Translations under genes and position numbers: made by a program | Shown here: positions 10,312 to 19,497 of the stretch, piece after piece | How the letters are laid out: every line of letters starts with the position of its first letter | How positions within the stretch are numbered: position 1 is the stretch's first letter | Assembly (NCBI GenBank): GCA_000388065.2 | Contig: KB932207.1 | DNA length: 19,706 nt | Direction: 5' to 3' (one strand) | Origin: Fonticula alba ATCC 38817 | Taxonomy: Eukaryota; Protista; Nucleariida | The notes under the pieces: generated by a model | The model's database searches: none | Seen by the model: only the letters and a program-made list of their open reading frames with translations | Told to the model about the DNA's origin: nothing

Positions 10312-10867
10312 AGTGGCAAAAGACGGTTCGAAAGGGAGAGGGGCGAATCAGTGAATTGCGCTGCCCGCACCCCGGGGGCCGCGGACACCGGTGACGGTGC
10401 CCGATAAACCCCCCACCACACGGGGGGCCTGGAGACGCAGGACGACAGAAGCCCGGGCAATCTGGAACGATCGCGGGCCACACACAGGCCCGGGGGGGGG
10501 CCGTGAGGGAGGCCGGGGGGAGGGGGGGGGGGGCCAGGCGGCCCCCATCTCCGCCCCGGCCGCCCCGAGGTGGATGCTCGGCCTGTCCAGTCGTGTGCGA
10601 TGCCCGCACCGCCACCGACGCCCCAGCCCCGATGTCCCCCGCACAAACCCCTGTCTAAGTCCCCCCGCCGGCGTCCAGTCGCCCCACGCCTGACGGAACG
10701 CCGCGGCACGGAACGCGAAAAACTCGCGGCAGCCAGAGAACACCCGGCGCCAGGCCACGCCAGAGCGCACGACGGCATTGTGGGCGGAAAAAGGTCCAAA
10801 AAAGCCCCGCCGACCATCGGGCCCTGCGCGCCCCACGCCCGGCACGCTCAAGGAGGTGAGCATCCAC

Positions 10868-10991
10868 TCACACACACGCGCACGCGCGCACGTACAGACA
10901 CACACACGCACAGACACACACGCACAGACACACAGACACACAGACACACAGACACACAGACACACAGACACACAGACACACGCACACACAC
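10868..10991 (+). repeat. Compound CA-rich microsatellite with a core of (CACAGACA)7 at 10923-10978
   Basis: Seven perfect 8-bp units flanked by degenerate CA/CG repeats. Confidence 0.95.
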
Positions 10992-11035
10992 CGAAAGACG
11001 GCGCACGCACACGAACATGCTAGACCGCCAGGGGT

Positions 11036-11050
11036 CGAATCTTCGAGAAT
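11036..11050. promoter_or_regulatory. Perfect three-pentamer heat shock element (cGAAt-cTTCg-aGAAt), candidate HSF site for STI1
   Basis: Exact nGAAnnTTCnnGAAn match 725 bp upstream of the STI1 ATG; STI1 is an established HSF1 target in yeast and mammals. Confidence 0.65.
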
Positions 11051-11070
11051 CTATCATATTTGACACGTGA

Positions 11071-12527
11071 TCACTTCTCCTTGCGCACGAACGGCGCCCG
11101 CAGGCCCCACCGCAGGTACACCAGCTCCGAGGTGGTCATGGTGAAGTCCGCCTCGTCCGGGATGTGCAGGGGGAAGACATTGTCCGCGGTGGAAGCGGCC
11201 GGCACCTTGAGCCCGGGGATGCGACCATGCTGCAGGCCCAGAGCCAGCATCACCGCCGGTGGCTTGACCCCGAGGGCCGCGATGTCCGCATGGCGTTCGG
11301 CAAACAGCAGCTCGGCCGCCGGGCTCTCGGCCCAGAGGTACTGGGCCCCGGGGCCCACACGCGAGGGGAGATCATGCGGGTCGTTGGTGATCGTGGGCTG
11401 CACCGGCCAGGGCTCGCTGGAAGTGTCGGCCACCGGGAAGTCCGTGATCCGGGCCGCGTCGGTGGCCGTGCACTGGCGCGGGTCCAGCGCCAGGTTCAGC
11501 CCGGGCGAGAAGGCTGCCCCGGATCCGGTCCCGGTGCCGGCCTCGGTGCCGGCCTCGGTCTCCCCCCTGGCCGCGGCACTGGGAGCGTACCGCGGCAAGA
11601 TTCGACTCCCGAGGCTGACAAAGGCCAATGTGTCCGCATGCTGCACGAGGCCCGACTCGAAGGTCCCTGCCAGCGGGACCACGCGATCGGGTGAGGAAAT
11701 GACCCGCCGCCAGGCGGCCGGCAGCTGGGCCTCCGCAGCCAGACGGCTCTCTTCGGCCGCCGAGCGCTCCAGCGAGAGAGCCACCGCGGCAGGGGCCCCA
11801 CGCACGGATGCCGGATCGCGCCCATGCCGCCGGGCCGCCGAGCGCACAAACTCCGCCAGGTGCCCATTTCGACCGTAATCGCGGACCAGCTGCGCGGTTT
11901 CGTGCGCATCGCGCAGAGCCGCCGCATGCATCATCCGCCATGCCGCGGTGCCCGGGGCCAGGACATCCCCGATGGATGTTCCTCCGGCACCGCCCAGGTG
12001 CGAGGAGGCTCGCCGGAAGTTCGAAAACGAGCTCACCCGGCGGAAGTACACCAAATACACGGTCGCCGCCAGGACCACATACGGCGTGGTCATGGCGAGG
12101 TAGCCCCAGTCGACACTGCACCCATGCAGCAAGGCGACCGACCAGACACACCCGACCACATGTGGCCACACGTTCACCCACACAGCGAACCGGGGGCCAG
12201 AGAATGGCCGGTCCCGGGTGGCCGGGCAGGCAGAGAACCCCCATGTCAGCAACGGGCAGGAACCACATGGATGACCGGAAGAGCCGGGGAGATTACGCAC
12301 AACTTGCCAAACAACGTGGAGGACGAATCGAGAAAGTGCCCATCCCGGTGAAGCCGCCGGTAGGCAGCGCGCACGGACTCCCAGGTGACAAGCTTGTATC
12401 GATCGGCATCGGTCGGCACATGGTCCGGGTTGTATGGCTCCAGCAGGAGGATGTTGTCGACGAAGCTGTTCACCAAGGTCCGCGCCTTTTCCAGGAAAGA
12501 GGGCGGCCCGCCAGTCGGGTCGGACAT
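11071..12527 (-). CDS. Hypothetical protein with one predicted N-terminal transmembrane segment; exons 12527-12301 and 12115-11071 (423 aa), possibly extended 5' through exon 12854-12758
   Basis: MSDPTGGPPSFLEKARTLVNSFVDNILLLEPYNP...LFGK|FVDWGYLAMTTPYVVLAATVYLVYFRR...FVRKEK*. The phase-2 intron 12300-12116 (GTGCGT..GCTGAC..TGCAG) joins two ORF-track frames exactly; 1272 nt is divisible by 3. No family recognised. Confidence 0.75.
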
Positions 12528-12535
12528 CGTCTTAC

Positions 12536-12757
12536 CTGGTGCAAGAGAAAAGGGCAAAGCCGGCCACAGGCAATCGAGAGGGAGAGCGAGGCAGAGAGAG
12601 GCAGAAAGAGAGGCAGAAAGAGAGGCAAAGACAAGACCAGCAGGCCGAGACAGATGCCAGACACAGGGGAGGGGGGGAGGGGGAAAAAGACCAGGAGAAA
12701 ACGAAGCGGGGAGCGAGGAGCGAGCAGAGGGGCAGAGGGGGGAAATGAGGATCTCAC
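12536..12757 (-). other. Intron (222 nt) just upstream of the ATG at 12527
   Basis: GTGAGA donor at 12757, C/T-rich body, TTTTCTCTTGCACCAG acceptor ending at 12536. Confidence 0.7.
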
Positions 12758-12854
12758 TGTTGGCCGATGCCCGTACCCAAACACGTTCCTCCCGGGGCCT
12801 CATCGGTGTCAGCGCCGGGCGCACGACCGGCAAGTGCCCACTCACACCGAACAT

Positions 12855-13296
12855 AATGCTGTTCCGATCTTAAGGCAAGTGCCCACTCTTCCCGGCGCAG
12901 CATGGCGGCCGGCCGCATGCTCCCCCGACATCCCGGCCCTGCTCCTGATGGCCGGGACTCGGGGGCGGGGGGAGGGGGGGCGGGACGCAAAGAGACGAAA
13001 TCTCCCCCTTCCACGCCGGTCTGTGTCCTGCGGCACAGGGCCACACCGCAGGGCGCTCTCCGCCCTCCAGGCGTCAGATCATCGCTGCCAGCTAAAAAGC
13101 CGCCGCCTGAGGGCCCCGGCTGTGGGGCCGGCGGCCTCACACCCCCTCCCCCCCCCCCCCCCTCTCTCTCGCACACTCCTCTTGCCGTTCGACCTCGGGA
13201 CTCGGCGCCCCCTTTCCCCTTCTGTTCCCGCGTACCGGCCCCCCCTCCAATCTCGCCCTTTTCTCGCATCTCCCCCCTCCCCCCCACTTCATCACC
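12855..13296. promoter_or_regulatory. Probable bidirectional promoter between the hypothetical gene (-) and PWP1 (+)
   Basis: Head-to-head arrangement with a short spacer; positional inference only, no specific motif identified. Confidence 0.45.
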
Positions 13297-15407
13297 ATGG
13301 GTATCATCACCGCTGTTACCTGGGTCCGGATGGGCGTCGCCCAGGCCCTGCCCACGATCTACGAGCCCACCGAGGAGGAGCTTGCTCAGCTGTCGGCCAT
13401 CGCCGATCAGCATGCCCTCCTGCTGCAGGAGAACCCCGCCGCCGAGGAGGGGGACGACGCCGTGGCGGAGGACGAGCTCATGCGCAATGCGCATCTGACC
13501 TCCAAGAAGCTTCGCATGAACGACTCGCTCGACAGCGATGACGAGGCCGATGGCGAGCTCGAGCAGGATGATCAAATCCCGGACGACCTGGCCGAGTATG
13601 GTCTTGGTGACTATGATGCGGAGATCGCCGCGCAGGAGGATGTCTCGTGTATGTTGTGGCGCAGGGGCTCGACCCGGCCGTGCCCCCCCCTCCCTTCCCT
13701 TTTTTCCTCACCCCTCCTTCTGTGTACCCGTGTGCCATGTGCCCCTAATCCCTCCCCCCCCCCCCTGCCCATCCCACAGCATTCAACCTGATTGGCGGTG
13801 TCAAGGGCCTGCAGTACCACGAGCGCAATGAGGACGACCCGTACATCACCGTGCAGGATGCCAGCGACGACGAGATCGACGACATCGTCATCCGCCCGAC
13901 CGATCGCCTGGTGCTGGCAGCCAAGACCGAGGACGAGCTGTCCACCCTCGAGATCCAGGTGTACGAGGAGGCCGACTCCAATCTTTTCGGCCACCATGAT
14001 CTCATGCTTCCCTCCTTCCCCCTGTGCCTGGAGTGGCTGGACTACCGTGTCGGCATGTCGGTCGACCAGTCGGCCGGCAAGCTGGGCAACTTCGTGGCCG
14101 TCGGCACCTTCGAGCCGGACATCGAGATCTGGGATCTGGATGTCATGGATTCCCTGTTCCCGACCGCGGTGCTCGGAAACGCCAAGGAGCTGGCCACCGA
14201 GGCCGGCGCGCTGTCTACCCTGGGCAATGCCGCCACCAAGAAGAAGAAGTCCAAGAAGGGCAGCGACAAGCCGGCCCCGGAGATGAAGTTTACCGGCCAC
14301 ACGGATGCCGTGCTTGGGCTGTCTTGGAACAAGGCCCACCGGTATGTGCCGCCCCGGCGCCGCGGGCGCTCGTGCCGCCATCCTCTCCCGCCCCCGCCCC
14401 CGCCCCCGCCCCCCCTTCGCCATGCCACTCACCCGCACCAACCGCGTCGCTTTTTCCACGCCCGCCCTGGGGCCGGGCACTGCAAATGCCTGGACACCGA
14501 TGCAGGAACCTGCTCGCCTCCTGCTCGGCCGATACCACCGTCCGCCTGTGGGACCTGCAAACCGCCCAGTCCATCCACAGCTACGCCCACCACCGGTCCA
14601 AGGTTCAGTGCATCCAGTGGAACCCGGCCGAGACCACGGCCATGCTGTCTGGTGGCTATGACAAGCGCGTTTGTGCGTGGGATTCGCGCGCCCCGACGGC
14701 CGTGCGCGAGTGGGCTGTCTCGGCCGACGTGGAGGCCCTTCGCTGGGACCCCTTCGACCCGCACTGCTTTGCCGTGTCCACCGAGGACGGCTTCATCCGT
14801 TACTATGACGCGCGCTCCGGTCAGACCGACACGCCGCTCTTCCAGCTGATGGCCCACGATGCCACCGTCACGGCCCTCGACTTTTCCACCACCATCCGCA
14901 AGGTCATGCTGACGGCCTCCTTCGATGGAACCATCAAGCTGTGGGACATTGCCTCTGGCAAGCCGTCCATGAGCTACTCTCGCGACATGGGCATGGTATG
15001 TCACCCCTGGTCGAGCTTCTCCCTCCCTCTGTCCCTGCCTCTTCTTGTCTGCACCCCCCCCCCCCCCGGTCCCTAACACAGCTACCTGGTTCGCTTCGCT
15101 CCTCGCTTCCGGAACGTAGGGCAAGATTTTCGATGCCAGCTTCAGTCCTGATGCGGCCATGCTTGTGGCTGTGGCCAGCAGCAAGGGCAACCTGCACGTT
15201 TGGGATGCCTGGCAGGCCAACGGCGTGCGCCGTCAGTTTGCCGCCGATCGCTTGGTCTCCGGCATTGTCGTTCCCGAGCAGAACATCGCCCTGTCAGACA
15301 TGTCCCTGGAGGAGGAGACCCCCAAGGGACGAAAGGCCAAGGCCGAGGCCCTGCGTGCCAACCTCCGCCAGTCGCGCGAGGCCAACGCCAAGGCCCGGAA
15401 GAAGTAA
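13297..15407 (+). CDS. PWP1: Periodic tryptophan protein 1 (WD40 ribosome-biogenesis factor); exons 13297-13648, 13780-14341, 14506-14995, 15120-15407 (563 aa)
   Basis: MGIITAVTWVRMGVA N-terminus, acidic DDLAEYGLGDYD, NEDDPYIT, IRPTDRLVLAAKTEDELSTLEIQVYE, HHDLMLPSFPLCLEWLD, NFVAVGTFEPDIEIWDLD, HTDAVLGLSWNK, RNLLASCSADTTVRLWDL. Three GTATGT introns (13649-13779, 14342-14505, 14996-15119) preserve the frame; 1692 nt is divisible by 3. Confidence 0.96.
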
Positions 15408-15669
15408 CTGCCTCCTCCATACAGCAGAGTCCCCTCCCTCGCCAGCCTCTCTCCCTCTCTCTCTCTATGTCCACCTCTTCCATTTGAAGAAAGGCCAGAC
15501 CAGAGCATCCCCGCGAGCGCTTGCCGCTGGTGCATGCTCTTGAGATTAGACTTCCCTTTTGAGAGGGGATCTGCCTGTGCCACTTTCGCCGCCTGAACTG
15601 CTCCCATGCTGCCTCCCCACCACCACCACTACCACCCCCCTCCTCTTGTCCTCGCACAAATGACAAGCC

Positions 15670-15990
15670 NNNNNNNNNNNNNNNNNNNNNNNNNNNNNNN
15701 NNNNNNNNNNNNNNNNNNNNNNNNNNNNNNNNNNNNNNNNNNNNNNNNNNNNNNNNNNNNNNNNNNNNNNNNNNNNNNNNNNNNNNNNNNNNNNNNNNNN
15801 NNNNNNNNNNNNNNNNNNNNNNNNNNNNNNNNNNNNNNNNNNNNNNNNNNNNNNNNNNNNNNNNNNNNNNNNNNNNNNNNNNNNNNNNNNNNNNNNNNNN
15901 NNNNNNNNNNNNNNNNNNNNNNNNNNNNNNNNNNNNNNNNNNNNNNNNNNNNNNNNNNNNNNNNNNNNNNNNNNNNNNNNNNNNNNNNNN
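15670..15990. other. Assembly gap (321 N) between the convergent 3' ends of PWP1 and the next gene
   Basis: N run followed by poly-G. Confidence 0.99.
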
Positions 15991-16082
15991 GGGGGGGGGA
16001 TTCCCTTCCTAGCTCTTGCACTGACCCACGGCTCGAGGGGCCTGGAAGAGAGAGAAGAGGGGAGCGACCGAGCGAGCGAGCA

Positions 16083-17229
16083 CTAAGCCCGCCCGCTGGC
16101 TCGATTGCGATGGTACCGGTGTGACTCGAAGTCCTCGATGAACTTGGACGGCAGCATCTCCTCCATCAATCGGATGGACGAGGAACCGGCGTATGGGGTG
16201 GATGGCGATGAGGCCGGCCCTCCGCCAGATGCTGAGTGTCCGGTGGCCGGCATGCCTGCCGAACGCCCAGCCACTGGCGGCTGCATCATGCTGAACATTC
16301 GCAGGACTCGGTCAGTCCCGGAGGGCGGCGCGCTCGGCGTGGTGGATTGCTCCATGCCTGGGCCGGCCGGCCCCGGACGAATGGGCTCGTGCGATGACAA
16401 AATGAGACTGGACTTGACGAAACGCTCCTGCAGGAGGAAGGCAGCCACACTGGCCAGCAGGGTGACGCCCAGTGATGCGGCCCCCAGAGCCAGGGAAGCC
16501 CAGGTGAGACCGCTGCTTGGGTGACAGGGGACATATCCAAGGACAGGGAGAAAGCCGCGAACAAGGTGCCCATTCCATGGATGTGAACAGGTGGTGAGAT
16601 ATGGGGACCGGGATAGCGAAGGGGGAGGGGAGAGAGAGAGAGAGAGAAACAGGCAGCAGCAGCAGCAGCGAGAGGGCAACACACCTTTGATAGAGCGTCA
16701 AGGTGCCGAGCAAGGTGGCGCAGGCCCCAGTCACACCAAGAACCGCGAGAAGGGCTGGGGGAAGTGCGTCAGCGGGGGACAGGGCGGGCCGGCAGGCAAG
16801 AAGAGCTGCCACAGCCGGTGGGAAAATTGCTGCCAAGAGCGAGCGAGCCGGAAAGCAGGCGCACCGTAGTGTCTCCGGGGCGAGGACTCCTTGTGAGCTC
16901 GGGATTGAATGAGTCGCGCCTGGAAGGCAAGTATGTCTGTGGGAGGATCCCAGGAATACAAGGCATCGGCCCGTGGCGGGGTGAGCAGGCATGTCGGTTT
17001 GAGGTGCCGAGACGGACAGGCACTCGAAGGAGCTATCATGAACGAAGCAAGCGGGGGGGGGGGGGGGGGGAGAGGGTAACGCACCATCGTAGTGGCCGGC
17101 GCCCCCGGTGTGCGAGGGCTCAACCCGAGACACGAGTGACGCAAAGTCCCCCGTACCATAGAGAGGCATGATTGGGAGGCTGTCTGCCGGCGTGGCGGGC
17201 GCCGGCTGTCCCTGCGGATAGTGCCTCAT
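16083..17229 (-). CDS. Two-transmembrane protein, candidate CNEP1R1 (NEP1-R1/TMEM188)/Spo7-like regulatory subunit; exons 17229-17085, 17032-16865, 16754-16685, 16512-16083 (270 aa)
   Basis: Three GT-AG introns (17084-17033, 16864-16755, 16684-16513) join four frames into one 813-nt ORF. The core TDILAFQARLIQ..PRRHYALLAVLGVTGACATLLGTL...LGVTLLASVAAFLLQERFVKSSLIL resembles CNEP1R1 from memory (DLKAFERRL..RWRMLL-TM..TM-HKRVVAPSII). The gene model is firmer (~0.8) than the family call. Confidence 0.55.
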
Positions 17230-17271
17230 GGCGAGGCGAAAAGGGGCGCGAGGGGAACGGCAGACGGGAAT

Positions 17272-17394
17272 CTGGTTGGCGGCCAGGCAGAAGGAAAGGA
17301 GCTTGGGAGGCAGCAATCAGCCAGGCGGACAGGGGAGGGGCTTGGGAGGCAGACAGGCAATGACGTTTCCTTTCCCGCCTCCGAGCCGGCGCAC
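17272..17394 (-). other. Probable intron upstream of the ATG at 17229 (5'-UTR, or coding if the in-frame ATG at 17409 is used)
   Basis: GTGCGC donor at 17394, GCTGAT branch-like motif, AACCAG acceptor ending at 17272. Confidence 0.55.
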
Positions 17395-18516
17395 AAGGAG
17401 GGGGCACATAAATGGGCAAAGTGGGCGCAGGCTGGTATCCCGATCACCCACCGGGCTGCCCTTCTGGCGGGGCGCTCCGATCTCCGGAGATGTATCCGCC
17501 CCCCCCCCCCCCCCCTCAATGGACCGTGGGTAAAAACCATTGCCCTCCGGCTGCGGTTCGACGTCAGGTCATCTTCTCTTACGCCGGATTCTCGAGGGGG
17601 GTGAATCCCGGCCCAACTCCCCCGCCCCCCCTGAAGGCAGGTGTTAGGAATGGTCCCCTTGATCAGATCTGGAGGGTGGAAGAAAAAAACATCGAAGACA
17701 CTCGGGTGCCGCTACCGGGATGGCTAATTGAAAGCCCGGCGTGTGGAAAGGACGATTGGGAGTCCCGGCCGTCCCCCAAGGCTATTGCCCTATAGCCGGC
17801 CCAACACATGGCTACCGCCGGGATGCGCTACTGGCCGCGGGAAGGATGAGGAGCGAATGGCAGCAAACCACTGGCCGATCGTCTAACGGGAGAAGTTCGA
17901 GGGCTGCCAATTCATCGGCGCTATTCGCCAGCTCCCTTTTCGAGGGCGCCTGTTGCGAGGAAAAGTGGGCACACAAACAGAAACTCCGGCCAGCACAGTC
18001 GGCAGGAGCACGGCCAGTGGAGCGCGTATGCGTGTTGTTGACGTGTCGATGTGCCAGGGCGCCAATCGAGGTGCATGCAGCCCCCCCCCCCCCCCTCGCC
18101 CCTCCCCGCGGGATTAACCCCGCGCCGAGAAACGTGAGGCCAGAGGTAATGCCCCAGCACGAAGAAAAATACAAACAGACAAACACCTTGGCTCGCCCCC
18201 CGCCCGAAGAGAGCCCGGCAGGCATATCCCTTGCCCGACCCAAAGCGTCTTCCTCGGGGGAGATGGACCTGAATCTTCGCCAGAGGCCTGCTTGCCCCCC
18301 CCCCTTCTCTGTCTCCCCGAAACTGGCCAGGACGGATGAGATGACTGTCAGCCGAAAATGGGCCCCACTCCAAGGAACACAGTGACCATGTATACTGGTG
18401 TACTGCAGGCGTAAAGCCGCGCCGCCATGTCTCCCGCCGCCCTCCACGAGAGGATGCACACCCAACGCCGAGTGGCCAGTGACATTCTCCCACACATAAC
18501 TCGGGCAAGCGTGCAT

Positions 18517-18518
<2 letters not shown>

Positions 18519-18554
<36 letters not shown>
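18519..18554 (+). repeat. (CA)18 microsatellite downstream of the ankyrin gene stop
   Basis: Read directly. Confidence 0.97.
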
Positions 18555-18557
<3 letters not shown>

Positions 18558-18612
18558 AGATGAGTCGATATTTATGTCTATACATAAAGGCAAACATACT
18601 CACACGCCACGG

Positions 18613-19450
18613 TCATGTTCCCCCACGGAAGAAGGCATTCCGCAGGGCGACACTCCCCCGGCGAGAGAGAGACGCCCCCGGGGGCGGGCCATTTGAATCG
18701 ACGATGGCCGCGGCATAGGAAGACGGATGGCTGTGCTTGGCACCATAGACCGGGACATTGGGCTGCCCGCCGGGCGGAGGCGTCGAGTGCGAGGCATCCT
18801 CGCTCCAGCCACCAGGGCCGGCCATTCCCGATGCAGCCTCCGCCGCCTGGGACTCCATCATGGCTTGGTGCAGGTAGGACCGGCCGCTGGCACCGCCGAG
18901 ACTGCCGCCACTGCCGCTGCCGGAGCCGGACCCGAGGCCGAAGCGCGATGCGGCGCTGGCCGCCATGCTGGATCGCCGACTGAGCGACGATCCGGGCGCC
19001 GGCGAACTGCTGGCCGACACGGGAGACTGGCCACCCCCGGCGCTGATGGGCGAGGATGACATGGGCCCGGCGTGGGGGTGATCGCCTCCCCCCGGCGAGT
19101 AGTCACCCGGGTGCATGGCCGAAGGGGCGAGCGAGGAGGAGGAGCTCGATGTGGCAATGCTCCCGGGCGAAGGGCTGCTGGGGCTTGCCGAGGCGGCCGC
19201 CGCTCGGAGCTCGCGCTCGCGCTTCTCCAGCTTCTTGTTCTTGGCACTTTGCTTGCGGGCCTCGCTCAGTCGGCGCTTCTCCGTCTGGGCAATTGTCTTG
19301 TTCAGCTGCGCGGGGAAGTCGCCCTCGCGGATGCGCCGACTGAAGACACACACATCCGCGGCATTATGCGTGAAGATGTCCCGGGCGGTGGGATCGGCGC
19401 GCTTCTGCAGCAGGAGCTCGCCGCTATTGGGGCGAAGAGAACACAAACCC

Positions 19451-19497
<47 letters not shown>

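Noticed and set aside
10693-10720. CGCGAAA (E2F/SCB-like) and a 9-bp direct repeat upstream of STI1
   Set aside because: Short CG-rich motifs are expected by chance here and have no independent support.
10868-10991. Regularly spaced repeats as a CRISPR-like or telomeric array
   Set aside because: This is a simple 8-bp tandem microsatellite with no spacers, in a eukaryotic interstitial context.
11020-11073. TGA followed by ATGAT...AAG as a possible SECIS or readthrough signal
   Set aside because: No helix II or 3' GA for the quartet can be formed, and the downstream frame runs into microsatellite.
11015-11090. tRNA-like GATTCGACCCC...TAGCA on the minus strand
   Set aside because: No T-stem pairing, no matching acceptor 5' strand and no D or anticodon arm. 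The AT-rich core is better explained as an HSE.
12531-12539. CTTACCTGG resembling the U1 snRNA 5' end
   Set aside because: Nothing downstream resembles U1; it is simply the complement of the minus-strand CCAG|GTAAG junction.
17741-18603. ORFs 17741-18385 (+) and 17812-18603 (-) as an extra gene
   Set aside because: They run through (CA)18 and poly-C, and I found no consistent splice model or domain. The region is likely UTR/promoter, though a small gene cannot be excluded.
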